A DNA stretch of 64,000 nucleotides from Octopus bimaculoides. Taxonomy: Eukaryota. Positions 24,082 to 37,393 of this stretch are shown one piece after another; within the stretch, counting starts at the first letter, position 1, and every line of letters begins with the position of its first letter. The position numbers and the translations under genes are program-made. The stretch covers positions 56,657,558 to 56,721,557 of the forward strand of contig NC_068988.1 of assembly GCF_001194135.2 (NCBI RefSeq). The letters run 5' to 3'. The notes beneath the pieces are model-generated. The model was given only the letters and a program-made list of their open reading frames with translations. It was not told where the DNA came from and did not search any database.

Positions 24082-24460
24082 GGTGTAGGCATGGCTGTAT
24101 GGTTAAGAAGCTTGCATTGTAACCAGCTAGTTTTGGGTTCAGTCTTACTGCATGGTGCCAAAAACCTCTACCATAGCCATGTGCTGATCAATGCCTTGAG
24201 TGAATTTGGTAGATGGAAACTGTTGTATATGTGTATGTTTGTCTTCCCCCTGCTTGACTGCTGGTGTTGGTTTGTTTACATCCCCATAACTTGGGTGTTT
24301 TGGTAAAAGGGGCTGATTGAGTAAGTATCAGACTTTAAAAAAAATTAAGCAAAAAAACAAAAAACAACCATAAGTACTGGGGTTGATTTGTTCAGCTAAA
24401 ACCCTCAAGGTGGTTTCCCACTATTACTGTAGTCCAATTGGTAAAACAAAAGATAAAAGA
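24082..24460 (+). mobile_element. SINE family A, old (CpG-depleted)
   Basis: ggtgtaggcatggctgtatggttaagaagc...taagtactggggttgatttgttcagctaaaaccctcaagg. Confidence 0.85.
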
Positions 24461-26931
24461 CATTCTAACTACAATTTAAACTCCCATTGATTCACTTCTT
24501 TTACTGTCTGCAACAGCTCTGCTATTATTATTTCTCCTTTGACCAATCAGGTTGGTAAGATTAAAAGCTTTTCTTTTTATACGTTTCTACCTCTACCAAC
24601 TTACGCCTCATCACTGCTGTTTTGTCTGTGCCAAAGAGATTTCTCTAAAATATTCTTAACTATTTTACCTAAACCATGTGTCTATTTCTATTCACACTTT
24701 CATTGATTGCTGCCAAGCTAAACAAACCTTTTTAACCTTTCAAATTTTGATAATTAGCCATATTTTCGTCTGAATGGTTTTGGCAACGAATAAGTTTTAT
24801 AACAGACCTGACTAAAAATGGAAGAAAACAATTTTAGCTCAAACATCTTTTTTTTTTTTTTTTCTGAATACTTCATAAACTATTGTTCAATAACCATTGC
24901 AGCTATTACAGAGAGAAACAAGTGCTTCTACTTGTAGCTACCTTCATAATCAATTTGTAATCTTGCTAATTATTAATGATATAAATGTCTGTATTATTTT
25001 AAAGGTCAACTATCCCTTATTTTGGGATCTCTATTACGTAATTTTTATTAATTATTACTACTTTGGATTCTGGCTTTTGTTTATCATTGGTGTTAGGAAG
25101 GGTTTCCATTTTGAAGTTGTTCATATTTTGATATACATTATTCATGCACTTGTATTCCACATGTGATTAGATACTCTCCCTCTTCTCTCTTGTCAATTTG
25201 AGAAAATGTTAGTGGAGAGATAATGAAGTATAAGTACAATGGAATGAAAGTTATCTGTATATAATGTGGTATTGTTTGATTAATGGGATTGTTGAAAATG
25301 TTATTCTATGTACATTAGTGATCTTCGACTCATTTAATCTTTAGTGGCTAATTCTGGTTATAATTTTTTCTTTTTCTTTTTTTTTGAAAAATTCAAGAGC
25401 ACATTTTAATCTAAATGAAATCCAATTAACTTAGTTTGCTGGAATGTTTTAAGTACTATGGCTTTTTAGTCATTGTTAGAAGTAAAATATCACTTATGTT
25501 TATAGTTATGAAACTTTTATGCTTCTTCTCTTGGAAATGATGAAATACTGTGAAAAATAAGACTGTTTTTTTTTATTTTTTTTAAATGTCAATGAAAATA
25601 AAACCTTTATAATATATTTAGTAAACGAGGTGACCACTTTCTGATACAGTGGTAATTTGTCTCATGACACACACAACTATATATAATGACGACAGGGAAA
25701 GCATTTGGTCATACAAAATCTCTCAACAAATTCTGACCCATGCAAGCATGAAAAAGTGGGCATTAAATGATGATCATGATGGTTTAAAAGGGCAGAGAAA
25801 ACTCCTGCTCATTGCGGCTAAACTTTCTGCTGGTTTATCTTTGCTTTCGACTACGGTTCATTTCAAGGCTTTATGGTTTTTATCATAACTTTTGTCTTGC
25901 AATCCCTGTCATGTATTATTAGTGCAATATATGGCCATAAGCAGTCATTTAATCTAGCTGACGTCATCATCTTCAATTCTGACAGTCAACTTTATTAATG
26001 CTATCAGAGGGCCTGGGAAGTACTTTTCTTCTTACACTTCCAATATGAAACCATCACAAACACCACTTTCCCACAAGCAGTTAGTTCATTGCAGACATGA
26101 ATTTGGAAAGAGTGAGTCAGTATCACAGTGAATGTGTATACAGAAAAACTATTTATTGCAACACAATGACTATTCAGTAAAACTGTTTGATATTTTCTGT
26201 ATATCATCATCATCATCATCATCGTTTAACGTCCGCTTTCCATGCTAGCATAGGTTGGACGATTTATATGTGTATTTAATTTGATTGCCCTTAACACACC
26301 AAATCACATGCTTTGCTTTTGTCATTTCTAGGACCATTGAATGAAATAAACTATTTCAACTGAATTTTATTCATGAATACATTTGCAGTCATAGCCCCCC
26401 TCCCCCCATCATCTATTTGAAGGATTTTAAAACTCTTTATTAACCTGCTGCTATTTATGCCTTTTATCTACTTTGTGTTCTACCTGAATTATTTCACATA
26501 AGCATCTGTGCTGGGGCCATGTAAAAAGCACCCAGTACACTCTGGATAGTGGTTGACATTGCAAAAAGCATCTAATCAAAGAAACCATGTCAATATAAAT
26601 AGGGAGCCATCCAACCAGCAAACCCATGCCAGTATGAAAAACGAATGTTAAATGAGGATGACGATTATATATTTTTGTGTTATTATCAATTATTACTTGA
26701 AAAAATTGAATGACCATCAGACAAAATCTTTGCAGTGTTTAGTTATAATGTCTTGCCAGGGTCAGCTTTACCAAATTTCTTGGTAGAGTTTATTGCTCCT
26801 TGTTTTCTCCATTTGGTTGTTTTGCATAAATTTTCCTCACATGTTTGGCTGATTCTCAAAACCATTAAATGGCCAACTAAAAGGATAGGTGTAATTTGAG
26901 AACATTAACCACCAATTCCATGCATCACCAC

Positions 26932-27290
26932 CATCATTGTTTTAATGTTCATTTTCCATGCTGACCTGGGTCGCATGGAATTTGTTCAGGTGGATTTTCT
27001 ATAGTAGATGCCCTTCTTGTTGCAAACCCTCACCTGTTTTCAGGTAAGGTATTATTTCCCCATGACAAGACATGTTTTCAGAATACTTGAAATGAAAGGT
27101 GCCACTTGCATTACAGTGAAACTTGTTTACAACTATCACATGATATCATGGCAAGGAGACAGTAACACATAGACACACACACGAGTTTCTTTCAGTTTTA
27201 CCAAAGGCACTCGTCCAGGGTATCTTGCAAGTGGGATTGAACTTGGAACCATGTGGTTAGGAGGCAATGTTCTTGCCACATAGCCACACT
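26932..27290 (-). mobile_element. Composite SINE (A head + RTE-like tail)
   Basis: catcattgtttaatgttcattttccatgc...gcaaaccctcacctgttt...gggattgaacttggaaccatgtggttagg; same architecture at 31532-31925 and 35935-36140. Confidence 0.8.
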
Positions 27291-27619
27291 GATATCTCAC
27301 AACAACACCTGCATGTGATCAAGAATTCAGTGATCCCGTGGAATCTGATACAATACAACTACAGTAATTTATAATTAGATTTCTAATTTTGACACTTGTC
27401 TGTAATGAATTTTGTAAAGTGGCTGGAGTAAATTGAATTAATGCTAGCATTTAGTTGATGGTTTATTTTAGCCACTTCAGAAAGATGAATGGAAAAGTCG
27501 ATATTAGTGGGATTTGAATTCAGGACAGACAGACGCCAGTAAAATAACTGAAAGATATAGTCCAATGACAGCTCCAACACCCTTTATTATTATTATTATT
27601 ATTAAAATGATAGTAATAA

Positions 27620-27985
27620 TAGTTTCAAATTTTGGCACAAGACCAGCAAGTTCAGGGGAGGGGGCTTAGTCAATTAAATTGACTCCAGTGTTCAACTGGC
27701 ACTTTGTTTATTGACCCTAAAAAGATGAAAAGCAAAGCTGAACTTGGCAAAATTTGAACTCAGAATGTAAAGATGGACAAAATGTTGCTAAGCATTTTTC
27801 CCAGCGTACTAACAATTCTGCTATAGGTACAAGGCCTGAAATTTTCTGGGAACGGGCTAGTCGATTACATTGACTCCAGTACTTGACTGGTACTTATTTC
27901 ATTGACCCTGAAAGAATGGAAAGCAAAGTTGACTTCAGTGAAATTTGAACTCAGAGCATAGAGATAGATGAAATACCATTAAACA
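27620..27985 (-). mobile_element. Two adjacent SINE family C copies
   Basis: ttggcacaagaccagcaa...aaagatgaaaagcaaagctgaac and ggtacaaggcctgaa...ggaaagcaaagttgacttc. Confidence 0.85.
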
Positions 27986-28290
27986 TTTTGAATTTGAAAT
28001 TTTACACTCTGAATTCAAATCCTGCTGACATTGATGTCATTTTATGTTGTTTTGGGGTTGATAAAAAAAAAAAAGATACCAGTTGTATTGGAGTCAATCT
28101 AATTGGTCATGCCCATTACCTGACATTTTGAAATTTTGTATCCGTGTTAGAAATTAGAGCTGTGGATAAGCAGAATCAAGAGAGGATCAGATAAAATGTC
28201 CTGTGAGCTTTAATTACGGTTGTTTGTTCTAAATTCCAATCCCACCAAGGTTGACTTTTTTCAACATTGGTGGTGGGGTGGAGTACTTAC

Positions 28291-28534
28291 CAGGGCTGTG
28301 GAGTCAGTCGTGGAGCCGGTGTCAGAGTTGGTAAAACCATACCGAATCTGACTCACGATCTTTATTCTTTAATATAAACCCACTTATAGAGGCCTACTCA
28401 AAGTACAAGTGTATGCATATGCTTTATGAGATATGTAAACCACAATCACTTAATTACATAAAGAGGAGTCAGTTGGAAGTGCTAATAGTAGAGGAGTTGG
28501 AGTCAAAGTTTTTTGTTTCGACTCCACTGCTCTG
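28291..28534. mobile_element. hAT-like MITE inserted in a SINE C remnant
   Basis: TIR CAGGGCTGTGGAGTC / gactccactgctctg; imperfect 8-bp flanks gtacttac / gtactaaa. Confidence 0.75.
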
Positions 28535-28619
28535 GTACTAAAGTATCGGTGAAAGTACTGGGGTTGATTGTTGATTTGACTATGAGGCCTTGTGTTGGTG
28601 TTTGAAATAAATCTTCACC

Positions 28620-29045
28620 CACTACTGTACCTGCTACCTGAGGTGCCACCTGGACATCTCATCACTATCTATCTCTTTGGAGATACCTCTACTTCATTCT
28701 TACTCTCTCTCTCCCTCCCTCCCCTACGTGTGAGTAGCCATGTAGCTTCTCCACAATAAGAACCTGCTCTACTCCAAACTTTTCCCTCATACCTTAACAT
28801 AGAGGGGCAATATCTTTCCTCTCTGGGTTTGTTGACTTGAGCTACATGGTGACCTCAGGAGTGCTGGTGGTACAGAGAAAAGTACCCAGTACACACTGGA
28901 AAGTGGTTGGTTTTAAGAAGGGCATCCAGCTGTAGAAACTGTGCCAAAGCAGACACTGGAGTACGATGCAGTCTTGACTCATTGGATCCTTGTCAAACCA
29001 TCCAATCCATGCCAGCATGGGACATGGACGTTAAATGATGATGAA
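28620..29045 (+). mobile_element. Family B long form
   Basis: ...gggcatccagctgtagaaactg...ccatgccagcatgggacatggacgttaaatgatgatg. Confidence 0.82.
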
Positions 29046-29549
29046 GTTTAAAATACAGATTCAGCTGAGGATTAGCTCAACATGCTCTGTTTGTAAGTGA
29101 TACCCCTACTATCAACACAAGACATTTTGATTAATCTCTGCAAGATATCAGTTCTGAACTTAAGTGATCCACTTGGTTAAACATTAGAACTAGTTTTTTT
29201 TTCTAGTTAATTAGCATAATTGAAGATAAAAATGGTTCAAAGTCCAGTAAATGTCAATATAATAAATAGAATAAATAAACAAATAAAATATTTGTAATCT
29301 CATTGTAGTTGTTTCAAATTTTGATGTAAGGCCAGCAGATTTTTTTCTTGTTTTTCTTTTGAAGGGAACGGTTAATTGGCAACATTGATCCCCAATACTT
29401 GACTAGTACTTTATTTTATTAACCCTGGAAGGATCAAAAGCAAAGTTGATCTTGGCTGGATTTGAACATAGAATGTAAAGTGCTGAAAGAATTGCTGCTA
29501 AACATTTTGCCCGATGTTGTCATAGTTTTGCCAGCTTGCTACCTTATTG

Positions 29550-30580
29550 GGATCTGTTCAGTTTGGCTCACAGATTTTTAAAATTAATTTTTTTAACTAA
29601 ACAGTTTGAAACTTTGTATACTTGTGGAATGACTCGCACAGAACACAGTTTACTTTGAACATTTTTGACAAAATTTAGTATTTTAGAAGTTATTTCGTGT
29701 TAAAGATGTTGTATTTGGTTAATTTCAACCAATCAATGACCTGTATTCGGTTGAAGAAAGCTACTGCTGTTTGCGATAGTAACTGAAGAGGAACAACTTT
29801 TGGGTCATCTCGACTAAATGTCTCCACTCTTCTATTTTATTTATTGTTTATTGCCTGTGTTGCATATTACACGCTTATATTTTAAATTTTTTTTGGTTCT
29901 CTTGTCAGATTAATCTGTAAACATTGATGAATCAACACCAAGAAGGAAGAAATATTATTTACATATATTTATTCGTTTGCCTGACATTGGTGTTTTAAAA
30001 TAGCTCTATAGCTATGAGTCCGCAGCTAGCTTTTTTGTTGTTGATGTATATGTAGTTTCAAAAAACACATTTTGTCAATATAAAAGTCTTTATTAGATTA
30101 AAAATAACATTATCAAAACATGAAGGTAAAACAAATAGCGTCTTATACCTCAGAAAATACAGTAATTATAGTGGCTGTGACAAGTTCGCTCGCTGGTTGC
30201 TAGTTGATAGTGTAGAAGGGAGGGAAAAAGTAAGGAATGCACAGTGCTGACTAGAAAGGATAAAGGTGGCATCATCTTCGTTTGACATACGAATAGAACA
30301 GAGTTGTGGCATTTAGTAGAGATGACCCAGAAGTTGTTCCTCTTTGATTACTATTGCAAACTGCAGTAGCTTTCTTCAACCGAATACATGTTGTCGATTG
30401 GTGAAAATTACCCAGATACGGCAACTTTAACACGAAATAACTTCTAAAATACCAAATTTTGTCAAAAATGTTCAAAGCAACCAGTGTTCTGTGTGAGACA
30501 TTCCACCAGTATACGAAGTTTCAAACTGTTTAGTTAAAAAAAATTTAATTAAAAAATCTGAGCCAAACTGAACAGATCCC
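29550..30580. mobile_element. Foldback TIR element, GGATC family, ~290-bp arms, 8-bp TSD CCTTATTG
   Basis: ggatctgttcagtttggctca... / ...tgagccaaactgaacagatcc; arms ~29550-29840 and ~30290-30580; ccttattg at 29542-29549 and 30581-30588. Confidence 0.93.
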
Positions 30581-30666
30581 CTTATTGCAATTAATTGTTG
30601 GTGGTGTTATTGTTCCTATTTAATTATGAATATTTTTTCTTAAAGATTCTTTTTTTTTCTCTTTTT

Positions 30667-31272
30667 NNNNNNNNNNNNNNNNNNNNNNNNNNNNNNNNNN
30701 NNNNNNNNNNNNNNNNNNNNNNNNNNNNNNNNNNNNNNNNNNNNNNNNNNNNNNNNNNNNNNNNNNNNNNNNNNNNNNNNNNNNNNNNNNNNNNNNNNNN
30801 NNNNNNNNNNNNNNNNNNNNNNNNNNNNNNNNNNNNNNNNNNNNNNNNNNNNNNNNNNNNNNNNNNNNNNNNNNNNNNNNNNNNNNNNNNNNNNNNNNNN
30901 NNNNNNNNNNNNNNNNNNNNNNNNNNNNNNNNNNNNNNNNNNNNNNNNNNNNNNNNNNNNNNNNNNNNNNNNNNNNNNNNNNNNNNNNNNNNNNNNNNNN
31001 NNNNNNNNNNNNNNNNNNNNNNNNNNNNNNNNNNNNNNNNNNNNNNNNNNNNNNNNNNNNNNNNNNNNNNNNNNNNNNNNNNNNNNNNNNNNNNNNNNNN
31101 NNNNNNNNNNNNNNNNNNNNNNNNNNNNNNNNNNNNNNNNNNNNNNNNNNNNNNNNNNNNNNNNNNNNNNNNNNNNNNNNNNNNNNNNNNNNNNNNNNNN
31201 NNNNNNNNNNNNNNNNNNNNNNNNNNNNNNNNNNNNNNNNNNNNNNNNNNNNNNNNNNNNNNNNNNNNNNNN
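30667..31272. other. Assembly gap hiding TCERG1 acceptor and Pro-rich coding sequence
   Basis: Long polypyrimidine tract runs into the gap; open Pro-rich frame emerges from it. Confidence 0.75.
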
Positions 31273-31448
31273 TGCCCCCACCCAACATCCCCCCACCCAA
31301 CTTTTCTGTTCCCCCTCCTGGATTTTCTCTACCCCCTCCGGTATCTAATGCCCCACCAAACTCAATAACAGCCTTGCCGTCTCAGAGCAACTCTCTTGAT
31401 GTTGGAAATCAAGAGTTATGGGTCGAGACCAAAACAGCTGAAGGAAAG
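31273..31448 (+). CDS. TCERG1: TCERG1 exon: visible 3' part of Pro-rich exon + first half of WW1
   Basis: PPPNIPPPNFSVPPPGFSLPPPVSNAPPNSITALPSQSNSLDVGNQELWVETKTAEGK, then AAG|gtaagc (phase 0). The 5' part is hidden in gap 30667-31272. Confidence 0.93.
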
Positions 31449-31531
31449 GTAAGCAAAAAAATTTTAAAAAAAATTTTCAAATTATATATTAGCTTTCAAT
31501 TAATTATGTAGTTATTAATTAGATATTTCAT

Positions 31532-31925
31532 CATTATCGTTATTGTTTAATGTCCAGTTTTCCATGCTTACATAGGTCAGATGGAATTCATTGAGGCAGA
31601 TTTTTCAACAGCTGGATGCCCTTCCAGTTCCTAACCCTTAGCTGTTTCCAAGTAAGGTAATATTTCCCCATGACCAGATGTCTCAGATGATTGGAAACGG
31701 ACACTGCTTGCATGATGGTAACATTTACAACTATCATGTGATGTCAAGGCATGCATACACAAACACACACAAATGATTGGCATTTTGTAGTTTCTGCCTA
31801 CCAAATCCACTCAAGGCTTTGATGTGCCTGGGCTTAATTTAAAAAACACATGCCCAAAGTGCTGTACAGTGGGACTGAACCTTAAACCATGTGGTTTGGA
31901 AGCAAACTTTTTATCATATAGCCAC
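31532..31925 (-). mobile_element. Composite SINE in the intron splitting WW1
   Basis: Homologous to 26932-27290; followed by a family B copy at 31945-32185(+). Confidence 0.8.
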
Positions 31926-32245
31926 ATATCAACTAGCATAGAGCTACCTCCTTCAACATCCCTCTCCCTAGTTGAGGGGTTTTTGTCTTGCAAGTTATTT
32001 GGTGACCCCTGCCTGTACTGGTATCCTGAAAAAAGCACCTACTACACACTAAAGTGGTTGACATTAAGAAGATCAACCAAGCATAGAAACCTTGGCGTAG
32101 CCCTCTGGCTTGCCAGCTCTTGTCAAACTGTTCAACCCAGGCCATGCCAGCATAGAGAACAGACATTAAACGATGATGATGAGTAATAATAATAGTAAAA
32201 AAAATAATAATGATGATGATAATTTTTATTTTAAACTTTTTATAG

Positions 32246-32441
32246 AGTTACTATTACAATGCACGAACACGAGAATCTGCATGGACAAAGCCAGAGAATG
32301 TGAAAATCATCACTCAATCAGAGGTAGAAGCAATGGCTGCTCAAATGACTAGTCAAACCCCACCTACTGTTACCACTAATACTGTATCCTCTCCAGGGGG
32401 TACTACAACTACTGCTGCTGCTCAACCAGCTGTGGCACAAG
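32246..32441 (+). CDS. TCERG1: TCERG1 exon: second half of WW1 + A/T/Q-rich linker
   Basis: tttttatag| SYYYNARTRESAWTKPENVKIITQSEVEAMAAQ...AAAQPAVAQ G|gtaatt; phase 0 to 1. Confidence 0.95.
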
Positions 32442-32760
32442 GTAATTTTGTATTTGACAGTCAAGTTTTTTTTGTTCCTTTTTTTTTTGCATGCATTTTA
32501 TTATAATTCTGTCTGTGGAGTTAATTGCTTGATTGATAAATTATAGTTTAGGTGTGGGTTAGTATTGTTTTTAATATAATTTCTTAAATGTTACTTGTAT
32601 CTTGCATAAAACTATAACCTCTTTATACATTGAGATGGAGTATTAAATTTATAGGAGAGGGAACGTGATGTACTGTCTTTTTCTGGAAGCATTATGAATA
32701 TTTCAAAGAGTACTTATTGGGCAATGAATTTGGGTTGTTAAGAAGTTGTCTTTGGGAACA

Positions 32761-32828
<68 letters not shown>

Positions 32829-32969
32829 NNNNNNNNNNAGCATGGCTGTGTGTGATTCAGGTTCAGTCCCACTGCACTGCTGCCTTGGGCAGATGACTTT
32901 TACCATAACCCTGGACTGATGACCAAAGCCTTGTAAGTGGATTGAGTAGACAGAAACTGAAAGAAGATA

Positions 32970-33018
<49 letters not shown>

Positions 33019-33596
33019 ATGTGGATTGGTGTCTGTGTGTGTATGTGGATTGGTATCTGTTATGTGTTTACGTTTGTGGTCACTTGTACTTTTAACAAAT
33101 CACATGGTTACTTCAAGCCTTTGAAGCCACGGGGAATAAGAAATCACTTACTTGAAAAACAAGTAACAGTTGGAGTTAGGAAGGCCTATAAAACAATGCC
33201 TGAAATAACATATTCATCCAACTCCTGCAAACATGGTGAAACGGATCTATTCTACTTATAAAACAACAGTTGGTTCACATTAACAAATTATATTACAAGG
33301 TTTTGGAAATGAGTAATTTATGTGATGTGTTAATGGGGGCAAATGCAACTTTTGTTTTTTTCTTCTTTCTTATTTTTGTTGATAAATTACTATTGTGTAT
33401 TCAGATATTTTTTTGTTTTATTTTATATATAGATACACTGACAAACTAAATGAATATATTTGATCATATAAAGAGATATTTCTGAGCACATTCAGTATAG
33501 GTTTCACGATTTTGTAGATATATATTTCTTGATCAAAATTGTTTTTTTTTTTTTTATAGATGATTCAAGTGTTAATTTTCGTGTGTGTATATATAT

Positions 33597-33634
<38 letters not shown>

Positions 33635-33849
33635 TCTTAATTTGTTAATTATGAATAAGATAACAAAGAAATAGTATTATTATTATTCTAAGACATTAAT
33701 CCTTAGTAGCAGAACAAACTTTCTTTAAAAGAAAAAAAGAAAAGTTAGATTTATTCTAAGTTCAAAATTAACAACTCCAGTCTCAAAATTGTTATCTTTT
33801 TGAGAGTTGGAAATATTTTGAGCTGAATTCCCTCTTCTTGTGTTTGCAG

Positions 33850-34182
33850 CTCAAGCAGCGACACAGCTGTTACAGCCTCCAACACAACAACCTCAACCAC
33901 AACTGGGTTCTCCACAACTACAAGTTGTGTCGTCCACCTCTGTGACATCATCTTCGCCCCCACCAACCGTTTCACCTAGTAGTAGTGAGGCATCAAGCAC
34001 CACTTGCATTGTAAATACATTGTCATCACCAGCATCTCAGTCACAGATTCCAGTGGCATTGACTACTGATGTGATATCTATTACTACTACTACTACTTCT
34101 ACTACTACTACTACTACTACTCCGGCAACCCAGCCATCTGCACAGATCAGTTCTTTCCTACCCGGGATTTCTTCTTTCCCCA
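33850..34182 (+). CDS. TCERG1: TCERG1 exon: Q/P/S/T-rich low-complexity linker (3' end uncertain)
   Basis: tgtttgcag|CT CAA GCA continues phase 1: AQAATQLLQPPTQQPQPQ...TTTTTSTTTTTTTPATQPSAQISSFLPGISSFP. Phase-1 donor CCA|gtatgg at 34183 coincides with a composition change; an alternative phase-1 donor is gtgagg at 33985. Confidence 0.7.
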
Positions 34183-36222
34183 GTATGGAAATCGGTTCCA
34201 CCCTCTTCGTTGAATGCTTTCCTGCTGCCACTATCTTTGCATGCTCTGCTTTTGATTATTATTTATCTTTTTTTTTTTTTTGGTTTCCTTTCTACCATCA
34301 TTGTCTTGTGCTAACAGTTGATTTGCTAATTCACACTGTCAAGTACGTTCTAGATCTTCTAAATAATTATAGTAGGCAGCAGAAGTTATTTAACACATAC
34401 ATATATATTTCATAATCATTTATGAATGGTGCTAAGTAATAATTTCATTATTAGAATAATAATAATAAGTATAATAATAATAATAATAATAACAACAATA
34501 ATAATAATAATGATAACAATTTTTCTTTCTTAATTCTACTCCAATGCAAAAAAAAAAAGAAAAAAGAAAAAATATAATTTGTCTTCTCTNNNNNNNNNNN
34601 NNNNNNNNNNNNNNNNNNNNNNNNNNNNNNNNNNNNNNNNNNNNNNNNNNNNNNNNNNNNNNNNNNNNNNNNNNNNNNNNNNNNNNNNNNNNNNNNNNNN
34701 NNNNNNNNNNNNNNNNNNNNNNNNNNNNNNNNNNNNNNNNNNNNNNNNNNNNNNNNNNNNNNNNNNNNNNNNNNNNNNNNNNNNNNNNNNNNNNNNNNNN
34801 NNNNNNNNNNNNNNNNNNNNNNNNNNNNNNNNNNNNNNNNNNNNNNNNNNNNNNNNNNNNNNNNNNNNNNNNNNNNNNNNNNNNNNNNNNNNNNNNNNNN
34901 NNNNNNNNNNNNNNNNNNNNNNNNNNNNNNNNNNNNNNNNNNNNNNNNNNNNNNNNNNNNNNNNNNNNNNNNNNNNNNNNNNNNNNNNNNNNNNNNNNNN
35001 NNNNNNNNNNNNNNNNNNNNNNNNNNNNNNNNNNNNNNNNNNNNNNNNNNNNNNNNNNNNNNNNNNNNNNNNNNNNNNNNNNNNNNNNNNNNNNNNNNNN
35101 NNNNNNNNNNNNNNNNNNNNNNNNNNNNNNNNNNNNNNNNNNNNNNNNNNNNNNNNNNNNNNNNNNNNNNNNNNNNNNNNNNNNNNNNNNNNNNNNNNNN
35201 NNNNNNNNNNNNNNNNNNNNNNNNNNNNNNNNNNNNNNNNNNNNNNNNNNNNNNNNNNNNNNNNNNNNNNNNNNNNNNNNNNNNNNNNNNNNNNNNNNNN
35301 NNNNNNNNNNNNNNNNNNNNNNNNNNNNNNNNNNNNNNNNNNNNNNNNNNNNNNNNNNNNNNNNNNNNNNNNNNNNNNNNNNNNNNNNNNNNNNNNNNNN
35401 NNNNNNNNNNNNNNNATATATATATATATATATATATATATAGATGTGCATGCATATATATACACACACACACACACGTACATGCATATGCATACACACA
35501 CGTCTGTGCATACACATAGTTACGATGGCTGCAACTCAGTTTTGTCATCCTGTGATTGTTCTCTTAAAGTCATATTGTACAGATGCAGTGGATGTTGTAA
35601 TATTGTTTTGATGGACTGTCATAAAACATTTCAGTCTGTGTCTCAATGTACATCCTTTTCCGCACTCCCTGCAAATAGAGATTCCATATAATGCATAGTT
35701 GACAACTTCCCTGTGTGTGGCCTCACTGATAAATTCTAAAGCCCTGCCTTACAGACACGCCCACATTAGTTACATGTTAAATTGGGCTGTTCACCAGTGA
35801 GCTGTTCCTGCTTGATAGAATTTTGTTTGAATTCCATTTGCCCATCATGCACAGTTTTCCTTTACAATGAATGATCCAGAGCAAATTTTCCTATACATTT
35901 TCCAAGAGTTATACATGCACACACACTCACTATGTTCACTTTTCCATGCACGCATGGATCAGATGGAATTTGTTAAGGCAGATTTTCTATAGTTGAATGC
36001 CCTTCCTGTCACCAACCCTCACCTGTTTTCTAGCAAGATATTTTCCCATTACCATAAACCACATTGCTTTTATGTTGATGCTTGTTTGCAACCACCACGT
36101 GATGTCAAGCTTTGTTTAGTTTTCTATCTACCAAATCCACTTACAAACATATGCATATATATACATACACACATGCTGATAAACATACATACCCACATTT
36201 ATATGTATATATACACATACAG

Positions 36223-36257
<35 letters not shown>

Positions 36258-36507
36258 CACGCACACACATACATATATTATTTTCACTGGGACTTCAAGT
36301 TTTGCCTTTAATTAGCTGCTAAGTTAATTAGTCTCACCATCTGTAAATATCCTGTTTCCTACACATTCTACAACAATACCGAATGTTACACACACACACA
36401 CACACACACATACATGAATTGAATGTTAACGGTTCCATTATTTGGTATTTGCATGAGCAAAAAACACACTCTGGGATTGTTTTATAAAGTATGAATGTCT
36501 TTATATT

Positions 36508-36544
<37 letters not shown>

Positions 36545-37171
36545 AGATACATAATTTCATTAATAAAATTTTATTAACATTTTATTTCATTGAAATGTGG
36601 CAAATATATTACACATGACCATCCTGCATAATTCAATAACACTTTTAGCTTTGAAGCTGTATTGTAAAAACAAAAAAAAAAGCTAATAAAATGCTATGTT
36701 TCTAACCAGTTTAGGGTTTATTGGCTGCTCTGTTCATCAGCTCTTTAACACCACAACTTATTTAATTAAGCTTTTGATAGATCTTTTTTTTTTTTTTTTT
36801 AATAACTCCAAGCTTTGTGTGTAAAAGTTCAGCAAAACTTGTTCTGAGCATTTTAAAGAATAGAAATTAAAAACAAAACTTAGTTTCCTAGTTTTGGGAA
36901 AATCTTTCATTCATGAAGAAAATAATGCTATTAAATTTTGATATCTAAAATTTGAATAAGCTTTTAACAATAATTAATTGGAATTATGCTTTTATNNNNN
37001 NNNNNNNNNNNNNNNNNNNNNNNNNNNNNNNNNNNNNNNNNNNNNNNNNNNNNATATATATATAATTATATCATAAAGCTTTTAACAAATTCTCCTAACA
37101 CAAAATTTCTTTCTTTGGATGCTGGGCATTTCTGATTTTGCTTTTGCTTTTATTTAAACTTGTTCTTGTAG

Positions 37172-37371
37172 ACTTACCTCCTGGATTTAATCCAAATTTG
37201 GTACCTCCTGGTTTTAATACTAATGTAATGCCACAGTTGAGTACGCCAGTAACAGCAGTGTCCACAGCCGCAACTGTAACACCTCCACTTGTTATTGCAG
37301 CACCTCAATCAGAGACGGTTCACACAACTGACCAGTCTGCTGTTGTAGCAGAAAAACCACCCCAAGGCCAG
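37172..37371 (+). CDS. TCERG1: TCERG1 exon: PPGF/T/A/P-rich linker
   Basis: tgttcttgtag|AC TTA CCT: LPPGFNPNLVPPGFNTNVMPQLSTPV...EKPPQGQ|gtttgt; phase 1 to 0, matches next exon. Confidence 0.85.
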
Positions 37372-37393
37372 GTTTGTAATTTGTTTTTTTAAT

